From Anthoceros angustus (taxonomy: Eukaryota; Plantae; Anthocerotophyta), in the NCBI GenBank assembly GCA_010909165.1, contig MU008208.1, positions 91,545 to 155,544 of the forward strand: a stretch of 64,000 bases of DNA, read 5' to 3'. Position numbers and translations under genes: made by a program. Below, piece by piece: positions 11,793-24,089 of the stretch. Numbering within the stretch: position 1 is the stretch's first letter; each line of letters starts with the position of its first letter. The notes beneath the pieces were generated by a model. It made no database searches. It saw only the letters and a list, made by a program, of their open reading frames with translations, and had not been told where the DNA came from.

Positions 11793-14025
11793 CTACATAT
11801 TCATTGGCGTACACCATCCTTTGTGATACGCAAACGGAGTCATAATCTCATTACACCTAGGGTTTGCAGTAGCCGCTATTGCTATTTTAAAATATCGAAG
11901 GTTACCAATAACGCGGATTTGGTGCATTTCAACTAGATATGGCATGATGCCAGGACCTAATTAGGTGCCACGTGGAAGCTGTTCGGCCTCCTCCTATGCC
12001 GAGCGTAATACATACCTTTCGCGGCGCCTGCTGCCCGTTTCGAAGGATTGGTTGGGCGACACCTTGTGGAGCTCGAGCAAGTGTGATCACCATCGGAGGA
12101 GACGGCAGTGCACGCGATCGGAACGCGACGGACGATTGTGCAAAGGTTGTTGTCATCTCTTGCTTTGTGATTGCGCCTTCTATTTGTGATTGACTGTCTA
12201 TTTCCATGTCTTTGGTTTCGTTAAAGACATCATTAGGGCCATGGCTAGTGGACGCAAGAAGAAGGACTTGCGATGGCCCTCTGCTGGCCCTGCAGGTGGA
12301 AAAGCCGCGTAAGCATCGCAAGACAAAACGAAAAAGAGCGACACTTTGCCGAGAAGGTGGAGCGGGTGTCCACGCCAATTAGAGGATTTGTTGGAGGCAA
12401 ATCCAGTGCAATCGACCACAGTTGGAGGAGCCCACGTTCAGAAAGTCTCACTGGGTCTCAAGGCAAGCGAAAAGGCAAGGCTTCGGAGGGGAAGAAACCG
12501 GGCTGGCCAAACCACCTAGGGCAAAGCTCCAGTTTTCCTTACACATAGAATCATAATCCGCCATAGCAAACATGTAGAAGAAACTAATGCGCTGGATAGA
12601 GAGTGGTTTTAACGGAACTCCAAGCCCGATGTAGAGAACGAACTGGACTCCAATGCCGGAGAAGGCGGCGGTGCCTTAACTACATATTCATTGGCGTACA
12701 CCATCCTTTGTGATACGCAAACGGAGTCATAATCTCATTACACCTAGGGTTTGCAGTAGCCGCTATTGCTATTTTAAAATATCGAAGGTTACCAATAACG
12801 CGGATTTGGTGCATTTCAACTAGATATGGCATGATGCCAGGACCTAATTAGGGTGCCACGCGTCAGGGGAAGCTGTTCGGCCTCCTCCTCTATGCCAGAG
12901 TGAGCGTAATACATACCTTTCAGTGCGCGCCCTGTTGCCTGTTCCGTTTTCGAAGGATTGGTTGGGCGACACCTTGTGGAGCTCGAGCAAGCTGCCTTCA
13001 GGTGCAGGATCACCATCGGAGGAGACGGGTTGTGCACGCGAGGCATCGGAACGGGCGCGGACGTCGATTGTGCAAAGGTTGTTGTCATCTCTTGCTTTGT
13101 GATTGCGCCTTCTATTTGTGATTGCGCTGTCTGATTTCTCCATGTCTTTTGGTTTTCTGTTAAAGACATCATTAGGGCCATGGCTAGTGGGAGACGCAGC
13201 AAGAAGGACTTGCCAGATGGCCCTCTGTTGGCCCCAGACCCAGTGGAAAAGCCGCGTAAGCATCGCAAGACAAAACAGAAAAAGAGCGACACTTTGCCGA
13301 GAGAAGGTGGAGCGCGGGTGTCCACGCCAATTGGAGGATTTGTTGGAGGCAAATCCAGAAGTGCAATCGACCCTGGTTCTGGAGGAGCCCAGTTTCGTGA
13401 AAGTCTGACTGGGTCTCAAGGCAAGCAGCAAGGCTTCGGAGGGGAAGAAATGGCTGGCCAAACCACCTAGGGCAAAGCTTTTTACACATACGAGGAATCA
13501 TAATCCGGCGCCATAGCAAACATGTAGAAGAAACTAATGCTACTGGATAGAGAGTGGTTTTAAAAGACATCATTAGGGCCATGGCTAGTGGGAGACGCAG
13601 CAAGAAGGACTTGCCAGATGGCCCTCTGTTGGCCCCAGACCCAGTGGAAAAGCCGCGTAAGCATCGCAAGACAAAACAGAAAAAGAGCGACACTTTGCCG
13701 AGAGAAGGTGGAGCGCGGGTGTCCACGCCAATTGGAGGATTTGTTGGAGGCAAATCCGAATGTCGACCACAGTTCCGGAGGAGCCCACGCTTCAGAAATC
13801 TCACGTTGGGGTCTGAAGGCAGCAGACAAAGGGCTATTCTGGAGGGGAAGAAATGGCTGGCCAAACCACCTAGGGCAAAAGCTCCAGTTTTCCTTACACA
13901 TACGAGGAATCTGTCATAATCCGGCGCCATAGCAAACATGTAGAAGAAACTAATGCGCTGGATAGAGAGTGGTTTTTAACGGAATCTGTCAAGCCTGATG
14001 TAGAGAACGTAATCTGGACTCCAAT
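11793..14025. repeat. Tandem duplication/partial triplication (11793-12660, 12661-13560, partial 13563-14025) in the 5' part of ParB-MTase gene B
   Basis: Repeated starts gaag(g)gcggcggtgccttaac and aaagacatcattagggcc. Differences between units are mostly indels. Confidence 0.85.
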
Positions 14026-14700
14026 GCTGGAGTTGTGGATGTATGGACACGTGGGAGCCTTGCCGAATCAGAGGGCACGGGCAGGGTGGGTGGTGTGGGC
14101 AACAATTGATATGGAGCAATGGGAGCCACAGTTCGAGATCGTATGCACTAGAAGGCCCTATGAATTCAACACTCTTCCGATGGCAGAGATTAGTGTGTTT
14201 ACGTGAGTCTCAGCCAACTTCAATGCCATGAGTGTGGGCGAGCCTTGTCCCTGAAATTTTGAGAAGCGTTGCGTGCTGAGAGTGTGAGTGCGACCCAACA
14301 CAACCTTTTTTTAGCATTGCTTGTTGTCTCAAAATGGAGAAACGCTTCACCTTGCCTGCTCTTTCTCTTGCTGATCCTGGTTTGGTATTTGAAGGAAGGT
14401 GTCTGAAACTCGAAAGCCATAACCTCCTCCATCAAAACTCATAGGCGGGAAGTTTCATACCGGATAACGTGCCAAGGACTTGGTGTTTTTGCACAAGGGG
14501 AAATGGCATCTGTCGATGACGAAGAGGAGAATGAGTTTGGGACATCGGATGAAGAAGATGGGCCAGTCCCGGATGTTTTGGGACATTCAGATGATGAGGC
14601 TTCGGGGCATGGGGGAGAAGGTCGAGATGGGGAGGTTAGGTTGGACCTCCCAGGGGCGTCAATGGATATCCTTATTATCCCATGTATCCCGGTAGAGGAA

Positions 14701-15257
14701 GTGGGGCGCCGGCATGCCGGTGCCCCACCACCCTCGCGGGAAAGAGAGTCACTGGGAACCCCACAGGTCGGGTGGTTTGTGACAGTACTGGCCTTGTTGT
14801 GGGAGATGGAGGACGCCGGCATGCCGGCGCCCTTACTTTGGGATCCCAAGGCCAGAGACACCCTAGCACATTGGGTGGTGTGGAGGCTCATAGTGAGGCT
14901 GGAGTGGACAGCGAAGACAAACAGGGTGGGCACCGGCATGCGGTGCCGCAGAACATCGGGAAGAAGGGGGCGTCAGCATCACGGGCGCCCACATGCCGCC
15001 TCTCATCGCATGGTGAAGAAGAGGCGCCCACATGCCGCGCCTCTCATCGCATGGTGAAGAGGGCGCGGCAGCAACCTCGGCTGTTCCTGCATTGAGGAAG
15101 AGGCGCCCACATGCCGCGCCTATCGGCTGATAATGGGGAAGAAGAGGCGCCCACATGCCGCCTCTTGACATACATGGGGAAAGGAGGGGCGCCGGCATGC
15201 AGGCGCCCCTCTTGACAAACATGGGGAAAAGGAGGGGCGCCGGCATGCCCGCGCCCA
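14701..15257. repeat. Array of GC-rich palindromes (GGGCGCCGGCATGCCGGCGCCC-like) and ~35-50 bp minisatellite units
   Basis: Palindromes at ~14701, 14811, 14928, 15186 and 15234; gaagaggcgcccacatgccgc units at 14980-15165; one more palindrome at ~20578. Confidence 0.8.
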
Positions 15258-15267
15258 CCCTTCCAAG

Positions 15268-18200
15268 CCCTACTAGAAATGGCAGCCCATGTTACACTTT
15301 ATGTTAGGATTTGGACCCCTGGATGTAACACTTATGTTGCAATTTTGGGGTCATGTAACACTTTTTGGGCCTCTTGTTACACTTTGGCTTGGAAACCAAA
15401 CCGGAGCGTTTGTTGCAACCATGTTGCAATGGTGTTGCAATTATGTTGAGATGAAGTGAGAGGTGCTTTTGTCCTCTCTCAAGATTGCAACAAGATTGCA
15501 ACATATAAAGTGTTACAAGAAAAGTCTTGTAACACTTTTGGAGGCTTGGTACCGAACCTCCTCCCCATCTACCTTCCTCCTTTTACTACTATTACCCTAT
15601 GGAATACCTAGTTTTACTTAGTAGTTCCCACTGATACTCGTATGAATACACAGATACATAAATACATGTATTCATCGATACTAAATATGAATACATACAT
15701 AAATTCGTATACATTCTTCAGTAAAATACACGTATTGTTCATGGTGACATATACTATACGGTAATTTCTGTGATATACGGTCATATTCTATTTTGTATAA
15801 AATAAGCATATATCGTCCACGGATAACGTACATACTTTGTACATGTCCACGATCGTTTACGCTTTTGTCCTTGAGCACCTGCCTTTTGTGCCTCGAGTTT
15901 GTGCTACTCGGACCCATGTTTGCTATGCGGCATGGGGTTGTTTGGCTCAAGTCCTCCCTCCTTCTCTCTCCCCTAGACAACGCCTCATGTCCGTTCACGC
16001 CTTTTTGCCCTTGACCATGGCTGCTGGTTGCTCCTCCTATCCTCCTCGCCACCCGCCTCTTCCACTCCCTTGCGTTGTTTTCACTGTCCACACTCAACAC
16101 ATGTCTGTTACTTGCTGGTGACAGTACACTCGCCCCTCTTTGTGCTACAGCACCCGGATCTGGCCCTCCAAACACGTCCCTCCTACCGTGCATCGGCCTT
16201 GTCACTCCCTATTCGCCCAAGACCCTGCCCTACATCGCCTTCTCTAATGTCACATCACAGTCTAGTTACGCATCAAATAAAATTTTGAGGTAGGAAATAT
16301 AGCATGGAATGGGTCTTGGCCTCACCTTGCAGCTATACATGTACATGAGACCCCACCATTCTTCCATCGCCTTCCCTAACTTCACATCATAGTGCAGTTA
16401 CGCATGAAAATTTGAGATAGGAAATGAGAGGAAATCACGATTGGAACAAGTCTTGGCGACCTTGCAATGCTGCGCTAAGATGATTTGGTGACACGTGATC
16501 CCGCCCGCCACCATCCCTTCACCAACGTGTCACACTAGTTACGCGCCAGCTGAAAATTTGAGACGGAAATCACGCATGGAACGGGCCTCCTCCTCTTCCT
16601 TTCCTCTCCCCTCCTCCTCCTTCCCATCTCCCCTCCTCTTCCTCCCCTCTCCCCTCCTCTTGCTCCTCTTCTTTTCCATCTTCCTCCTCCTTATAATCTC
16701 CCCTCCTGTCCTTTCGCTTTCCCCTCCTCCTCCTTCCTCTCTCCCTCCTCCCTCCTCCTCCTCCTCCTCCTCTACCTCATCCCTCTCCCCCTTTTCCTCC
16801 TTGCCTATCGCCTTGTCTAACATCAAATCACACTAGCTAGTTACGCAACAGCTGAAAATTTGAGAGGAAATCACAGTATTGGAACAAGTCTTGGCCTGAC
16901 CTTGCAATGCTCTGCAAGTACAAGATCTGCTTGCGGCTGTACACGTGATCCCGCCCCGCCACCATCCCTTCACCAACGTCGTGTCACACTAGTTACGCAT
17001 CAGCTGAAAATTTGAGACTGGAAATCACAGCATGGAACGGGCCTCCTCCTCTTCCTTTCCCTCTCCCCCTCCTCCTCCTTCCCATCTCCCCCTCCTCTTC
17101 CTCCTCCCCTCTCCCCTCCTCTTGCTCCTCTTCTTTTCCATCTTCCTCCTCCTATAATCTCCCCTCTCCTCCTTCCCCTCCTCCTCCTTCCTCTCCTCCT
17201 CTCCTCCTCCTCCTCTCCTCCTCCTCCCTCCTCCTCCTCCTCCTCCTCCTCCTCCTCCTCCCTCCTCCCTCCTCCTCCTCCTCCTCCTCCTCCTCCTCCT
17301 CCTCCTCCTCCCTCCTCCTCCCTCCTCCTCCCTCCTCCTCCTCCTCCTCCTCCTCCTCCTCCTCCTCCTCCTCCTCTCCTCTCCTCTCCCTCCTCTTCCT
17401 CTCCTCCTCTCCTCCTCTCTCCTCCTCCCTCCCCGCCTCCTCCTTGCCTCCGGGTGAGCCTCGCACCAGACTTAGACATAGGTAAATAATATTATGTTTA
17501 GGTTACAAGTATATACAAGTATAAATACATATATATACATACATAAATACGTATTTCAATCATATATATAGGAATATACACAACAAGTGGGCCTGCAAAC
17601 CATATATATAGATAGACATATAAATAATCTAGAATCCTACTATACATAATCAGGTAAAAACAAGAGTTTTCAATTGCGTATGTGGAGCTTAAAAACAAAA
17701 CCAGATGTGGACACAAGGGTGCATTGAAGAGGGAAGGTAGATTATAAATGCATAGCTATGCAAAGGAGGCAAAATGGAAAGAGAATGACAACCACCAGGA
17801 GAGAGATAGAGTTCAGTTCTTGTCATGTAGGAAAAGCAAGAGGGAAGAATAAAATAGTAGCGTGAGAGGGGAACACATGTTGCAACACAAAGAGGGAAAA
17901 ATTATAAAATGGGTGTCATCGAGCATTAACTAGGAGTGTGAGGTGAAAGGAGAGACCAAAGCGAGTTGTTAAGATGGTGAGAGAAGGTGGAGAAGAAAAT
18001 CACAAACTTAACACCAAGCCAACAAACTTAATGCTAAGCTCTTAATGGTGAGGTGTAAGGTCAACAGACCACTTGCATGTTGTTAAGATGGTGAGAGAAG
18101 GTGGAGAAGAGTATCACAAACTTAACACCAAGCCAACTAACTTAATGAGTGTTCCAAATGGAAAGTGTTACATGAAATTGTAACAAAGGACTAACATAAG

Positions 18201-18422
18201 CAGTTTTGCATAGTATATGTTTGAAATCATAAACAATGCTTGTGAGAGAGAGGTGTACTTAGGAGGGTGAGGTGATGAGGAGAGAGTCGTTCGTGTTAAG
18301 ATGGTGACAAAATGAGAAGGAATAGTGTCAAACTTAATACCAAGCCTACATAGCTTGTTGCAATTTGAAAGTGTAACATAAAATTGCAACAATGGACTGT
18401 AATAATGCCATTTCTAGTAGGG
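15268..18422. mobile_element. Non-autonomous CACTA/EnSpm-type element with CCCTA termini
   Basis: Perfect 17-bp TIR CCCTACTAGAAATGGCA (15268-15284 and 18406-18422), 3-bp TSD AAG (15265-15267 and 18423-18425), and subterminal gttaca/gttgcaa repeats. Confidence 0.92.
16580..17450. repeat. (CCT)n/CT-rich low-complexity tracts within an internal duplication of the CACTA element
   Basis: Polypyrimidine tracts; ~16400-16830 is duplicated at ~16830-17200. Confidence 0.9.
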
Positions 18423-18699
18423 AAGGAAGGTGTCCATACTTACAGCGACTCCTCACCACTTCACAAAAGGCGTAAAATGTGCAAAGGGATTACGGTATGA
18501 GCGAGAACTGGAGTAGTCAAAGGCACGCAAAGTCAAAAGACAGGCAAACGTGGCACCTGCACTCATCCGGCAGAATGAGATCTCAGATTTGTCCATGTGG
18601 AAACCGATGCGAGCGCTGGCGGCGTCGATATGGAGGAAGACTACCCAGCTAATGTCTGATAGTCTACTCCAAAAAGGTTATCCTCATGTTGGTGAAATC

Positions 18700-20538
18700 G
18701 AAAATCAGCCGCCCGCACCCTTCCGACCCCGATGCCCATCCTGAAGTTGATGAGGCATGGGCCAATTATCTTGCTCAAGGCCATTGCTAAGGGCGGATTG
18801 AAGGAGTGCTTCCTCTTCTATGTATGATTGATCCCGCACGCGGACATTGAATGTTTTGTTTTGTCTCGCTGCTGCCTCCGCTTACCTTTGCTCTTTTGCT
18901 TGTTCCCGCGACGATTTCGCCTCACTGGTAGCTCACCTGCTTCCCACTTCGAAAAAATTTTGTCCACATTCTCCCAGACCTTACCCTCTAGTTTTGCAAT
19001 GCACAATATATGGTTTCTGTTGTCCACCTTGTTCTGCTTGTACTGCTCATCTTCACGGCCTTCATCGTCTTCAATCAAACCAAGCACCTTGTAGAGATTG
19101 AATTTCCAATTCATGGTCATGCTCACATGATCCCGCTTAGCTATCTGCAACTCATCCCGGAGATACCGAACTCCGCTCAATAAAATTCATCTTCGCTTGT
19201 CCGCCATCCTGGTTGTGATCGAGCTTAATCCTCATCTCGTAGATGCTAGGCTACACACACATGGGCTTCGATCCACCGAAAATGCGCCTTCCCGTGAGAT
19301 ATCCAAGGTGCCTCATGGTCGATAGGTATGGTTCCCACCTACGCCCATGACATACTTCTTCGCTTAAACCTTTTCCAACAACAAGTTGATGGAGTTTTGT
19401 GAAGCCCAAAGAGATGCAGGGAAGCCGTGCAAGCTTTCGTGGAATCCCATCCGGAGAGTCGACAATGATGTTGATAAGTGTTACACGTAGCAATCGACCG
19501 CCTCTTGACCGAACTAATGTCGAAGGAAGTTACACTGGAAGAAATTTCACGCCATGTGTGGCAATGGCTAAACATCCGCTTGTGACTCATTCGAAATAGT
19601 GAGACAAGAATACCCTCAACACCTCGACAAAGTTATTGCAAGATTTCAAACCGCATTTGAGGGCAAGGATTGAAGGAGTGCTTCCTCTTCTATGTATGAT
19701 CGATCCTGCGAATGCGAGGACATTGAATGCGACTTGTTTTGTCTCGCTGCTGCCTCCGCTTACCTTTGCTCTTTTGCTTGTTCCCGCGACGATTTCGCCT
19801 CACTGGTAGCTCACCCGCTCCCATCACTTCAAAAAATTTTGTCCACATTCTCCCGCACCTTACCTCTAGTTTTGCAATGCACAATATATGGTTTGGTTGT
19901 CCACCTTGCTCGCTTGTCTCATCTTCACGGCCTTCATCGCCTTCAATCAAACCAAGCACCTTGTAGAGATTGAATTTCCAATTCATGGTCATGCTCACAT
20001 GATCCCGCTTAGCTATCGCAACTCATCCCGAGATACCGAACCTCGCCAATAAAATTCATCTTCTTCGCTTGTCCGCCATCCTGGTTGTGATGGGTAATCC
20101 TCATCTCGACGATGCTTAGGCTACAATACATGGGCTTCGATCCCATGCGCCTTCCCGTGAGATATCCGCAGGTGCCTCATGGTCGTAGGTATGGTTCCCA
20201 CCTAATACGCCCATGACATACTTCTTCGCTCTAAACCTTTTCCAACAACAAGTTGATGGAGTTTTTGTGAAGCCCAAAGAGATGCAGGAAGCCGTGGCGA
20301 AGCTTTCGTGGAATCCCATCCGGAGAGTCGACAATGATGTTGATAAGTGTTACGCAATGTGGCCTCTTGGACCTGAACAGATGTCGAAGGAGTTACACTC
20401 CGGAAGAAATTTCACGTCATACAGGTGGCAATGGCTAAACATCTGGCTTGTGACTCATTCGAAATAGTGAGACAAGAATACCCTCAACACTCCTCAGACA
20501 AAGTTATTGCAAGATTTCAAACCGCATTTGAGGGCAAG
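18700..20538 (+). pseudogene. ParB/Srx-like domain region of ParB-MTase gene B, internally inverted and tandemly duplicated
   Basis: Plus strand reads IEGVLPLLCMIDP(R)ECEDIE. The minus strand then reads KKYVMGVLGGNHTY...VRYLRDE...MNWKFNLYKVLG...ILCIAKL...W..VDKIF.KWEAGEL. The plus strand resumes at KPKEMQ..FRGIPSGE. Colinear with copy A once re-inverted. Confidence 0.75.
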
Positions 20539-20659
20539 GTAACCATATTTCCTTCCATTCTATGAAAGGCGATTATGAGGGCGCCGGCTTGCCGGCGCCC
20601 TCTACTGCCATCGCCTTCCAGTCTCTCACGCTAACCCATGTCGTTTGCCATTCCATGCA

Positions 20660-21430
20660 GCAAGTGAAAGATGTTGAGGACATGAAGAAGTTACCTGATG
20701 ATTTTCAAGCCTTTATTCTCAAGGTTCATACATGGAAGGGACTCGAAAATGAGCAAAGAGCACTAGCAGATATGGACATGGAGGAAGGGCTTCAATCGTT
20801 CATAGTGCCAAAAACAGAGGACATTGTCAAGTACCAAGTCATTTCTAGAGATGCAACAGATATGAGGGGGTTTCTAAGGGTCCGCAAGTACACCCTGATG
20901 GTCATGGACGTTCCCCGAGGATTCAACAAAGGTAAACATGATGTGAAGTTAGACCACTTTCAATTGGGAAAAATATTTCACTCGTTCCACGACATGACCA
21001 GCTGCAAGGAGATGAGAATGATAGTGATGCATGGTGGTGAAGAGCAGCATGTTATGAGGGAGGCAATACGAAAGTGGAGCAGGGGAGGAGGGTTGGTGTC
21101 TTTTATATGGGACAAAACGAATATGCACAACGACTTGGGTGGGTATGACACTATGGAGTACGTCACTATAGGATGGGGGTTAACATTAGACAGTCAAAGG
21201 TCAAAAATCTCCATGATCCCTACTAACATCCATGGGTCTTTCAATAATGGGCTACCATTAGCCACCCTTACAGTGAAGAAGTTGTCAGACACATCATTGG
21301 ACAAGCCGGTGGTCAACAACAACATTGGCAGCTTTGTTTCATGGGCGCAACTACATTGCAATCGAGGTGGACAAGAGGTGCGCAGTTCATTCCCAGAATC
21401 CATGGGCAAGTTCTCCTGCACGCAGTAAGA
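20660..21430 (+). pseudogene. Beta-class amino (N4C/N6A) DNA-methyltransferase-like domain of gene B
   Basis: Motif order KYQVISRD, YTLMVMDVPRG (motif IV-like), MIVMH, FIWDK, EYVTIG, KPVVN (X), GQEVRSSFPESMG (degenerate motif I). Follows an intron (donor ~20539, acceptor ~20660). Confidence 0.6.
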
Positions 21431-21699
21431 GGAGTTGAATCATGAGCCACATCGCCGAGGATCGACCCGCCCGCAAAAGAGGTTAGTTTGTCCGAGAAGG
21501 ATGGGTCACCGCAGTTGTGCGCTTGGCCGCAGAATGAAGGAGAAGTCCGGCAACCTCCTGAGCAGCGCATAATCGACAGATGGCTCTAACACGCGACTCG
21601 GCGCTGAGATGACCATGCCAAGACAATGCCATGGAGGACATTGACAACTTTGAAGACACGGAGCACGCTCTCGAAAGGACTTGAAGTAGTCATGGATAG

Positions 21700-23698
21700 C
21701 CAATCCTCGAAACTCAAACCGCATTGTACTTAGGTTCCAAAGAATCCTCTCTTATGACATAGACATGTTTGGAACATTATAATCGCCGCATGCCGCCTCC
21801 CCTACTTTCCTTCTCGCATAATACATTAAAAGTTTTGGGGTTCTCCATATCACGTCCATAGTTAAAGTACCGCTTGTGCTAATCGCGGGGCCGCCATGGC
21901 GAATGGACCTTATCCACCATTATAAGTTTGGTTATCGAGATTTTAAGCTATGGGAAGCGGCTTTATATATTGAGCCGCTTCAAATATTATGCTGTTATAT
22001 CACCAGTTATTACCTGGTAACGGACCTTTTGCTTGCTTTTCGGAACATGAAAAATGTCAAGTTTTGCGTCGTTGTCTTCCTCAGCCAGTTCTCTCTGCAA
22101 ATCTTCCACCCTCTTCCAATTTCTTGCCGCATTGATGTGCTCTTTGAAGCTATTGGGCATCATCTTCTCTTTGTACTCTTCAACCTGCTTTAGTGTCTGC
22201 ACAGGATAGAGACGTTCACAGCTGGAAGATGAAGACGAGTGCATAAACTAGTTTGCACACTTGCTAACTCGGAAGCAGACAATACACTGTGTACTTACAA
22301 TGTGATCAAATACCGGTTGAAATTTTGCTATATCTTTTGGTGTTGAGTGCCTATTCGCTCAACTCAGAAATGAATTGCACCGCCCGAGCAAAATATTGTT
22401 TGGATGACATTTAACTTCTGGCCTCGTTATCCACGCCATGCCGCTCACGGTCAACTCGCCTTGAATCACTTTCTCCAGTGCAGACAACATTATCCTTTCA
22501 CCTGCTTCCCCTAGAGGCATGCCTTGGAAAACTCTCCAATTGGTCGCATGCATCGGCTTTATAATCAAATTTGGATCACGCACTGCTGGCTCTGTATCCG
22601 GGCCCCCACGTTTTGATTTACCTCTCTTGCTACCTTTCTTCTGGTTACCTTGCTCAGGCAGCTCATCCCTCTCCCAAAGATCGAAAACCTCGTTTACACG
22701 TGTCCACACATGAGGCGGGACACTAGCAATGCACAGCACGGCAGTTTTCTGATCGACAAGTCGCTACATTTCTTCCCGATCTGATGCGTCACCGATGACG
22801 CCTAGCATCCGGTATAGGTTGTACTTCCAATCCATTGTAATGCTAACACCCTCCTCCGCCAAAATTTTCGTTTCATCGTGAATATACCGGACTTGCTCAA
22901 TGAAAGACATTCTCTTCCGAAAATCTACCTTGACATTGTGATCTATGGCCAGACACTGCATCTCTGCCTGGGTTAAGCCAGCATATATATGAGCTTCCAT
23001 ATACTGGAAGTGTGAGTTCTCCGAGTCTTCTACGTACAATCGTTGGAATGCATAGAAGCTGTGGTTCCCGCCTTAGACTCCCATAGTGTACTGCTGCCTT
23101 TTCAACTTGTCTTTGTCAAAGACCTCCACTCTTGCGCACTCCCTTGGATCGATCATACGTAGCAGAGGAAGTACTCCCTCTTGTACAGGTCCCTTTTTAA
23201 TTTCGCGGAGAAGATGTTTTCCCCACGATTCATCCACTCTTCGGATCCGAAAGGCCACAGTGTAGTAAAGCGCTTCTCGCCTTGGTGATGGCAACCATAT
23301 CCGCAGCGGAATACACCTCTTGGCTGTACCGAATTTGATGTAACGGGTTCTTGTGCTCTTGCGCTTCGCCTCCACTGTCCTGTTGTTACTTTTGGTGATG
23401 ACGCACCCCATCGCTGGTGTCTCGTCAATGTCGTTCCTCTTTCCTCTTTTCCCTGTTTTCGATTTTCCTTTCGTTCTTGTAGGTGAAACTCGAACATCCG
23501 CATCTATCTCCTTTTCGGTTGGTTGTGCACGGACTTGCTCCTTCACAGATTCTTTGACCCCATCATCCAAACTTAGATGCTGGCAGGGCATCGTCCCAAT
23601 GCATGGCGATTCTTTCTGGGACATTAGAGGACCGTTTGATCCTCCTCGCCATGTATTTCCTCTCTCGTTGTTGTCGGCTTCAACTCGTCATATTGATG
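21700..23698 (-). pseudogene. ParB-like plus MTase-like fusion gene, copy A (interrupted by YR element 2)
   Basis: QEGVLPLLRMIDP...YTMGV*GGNHSFYAFQRL...AHIYAGLTQAEMQCLAIDHN...MSFIEQVRY, then an intron, then KVRYQVITGD...KESRGGG, which aligns with the MTase exon of copy B. Confidence 0.75.
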
Positions 23699-24089
23699 CG
23701 TAAGTCGCTGCCTCCCTGGGGCCTCGATCAGCTTGGTTTTTTTTCTGGTAGTGCAGAATTTTAAGAAAGAGAATCGAACTTTGGTCATTATTTTACATGT
23801 AATAGTGAAATTCATTACAATATAGTAGAAAACATGCCAAGTGGGTGAATATGATCTACCATCAAGGTGGAAAGAGCACTAGAGTAGAAAACATGACGAC
23901 CAAGTGAATAAAAAGGCGTCTAGTAAAAGCTCATTCTAGAATCCCACCAAAATCGCTAATCTGACAAAACATTTTCTGTTAAATAATATTCATGCGGATC
24001 CGTGATATACAAAACCAACAAAGAACCCTTTTCTTTGCGAGTGATATCCGTAATTGCATAAATACTAATTCTAATGAAGAGTAAATAGA

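Noticed and set aside
14930-15257. CRISPR-like array of palindromic repeats
   Set aside because: The spacers are themselves repetitive and irregular, there are no cas genes, and the context is eukaryotic.
16495-17485. Long poly-E/G/S/L ORFs
   Set aside because: Translation artefacts of the (CCT)n microsatellite.
4682-20538. Tandem duplications (4682-8057, 11793-14025, 16400-17200, 18795-20538) as biological amplification
   Set aside because: Copies differ mainly by scattered 1-3 bp indels, the pattern expected from noisy long-read consensus. They cannot be accepted without read evidence.
18700-23698. Bacterial or phage contaminant explaining ParB and the methyltransferase
   Set aside because: Both copies contain spliceosomal introns at equivalent positions, and copy B is interrupted by a plant CACTA-type element.
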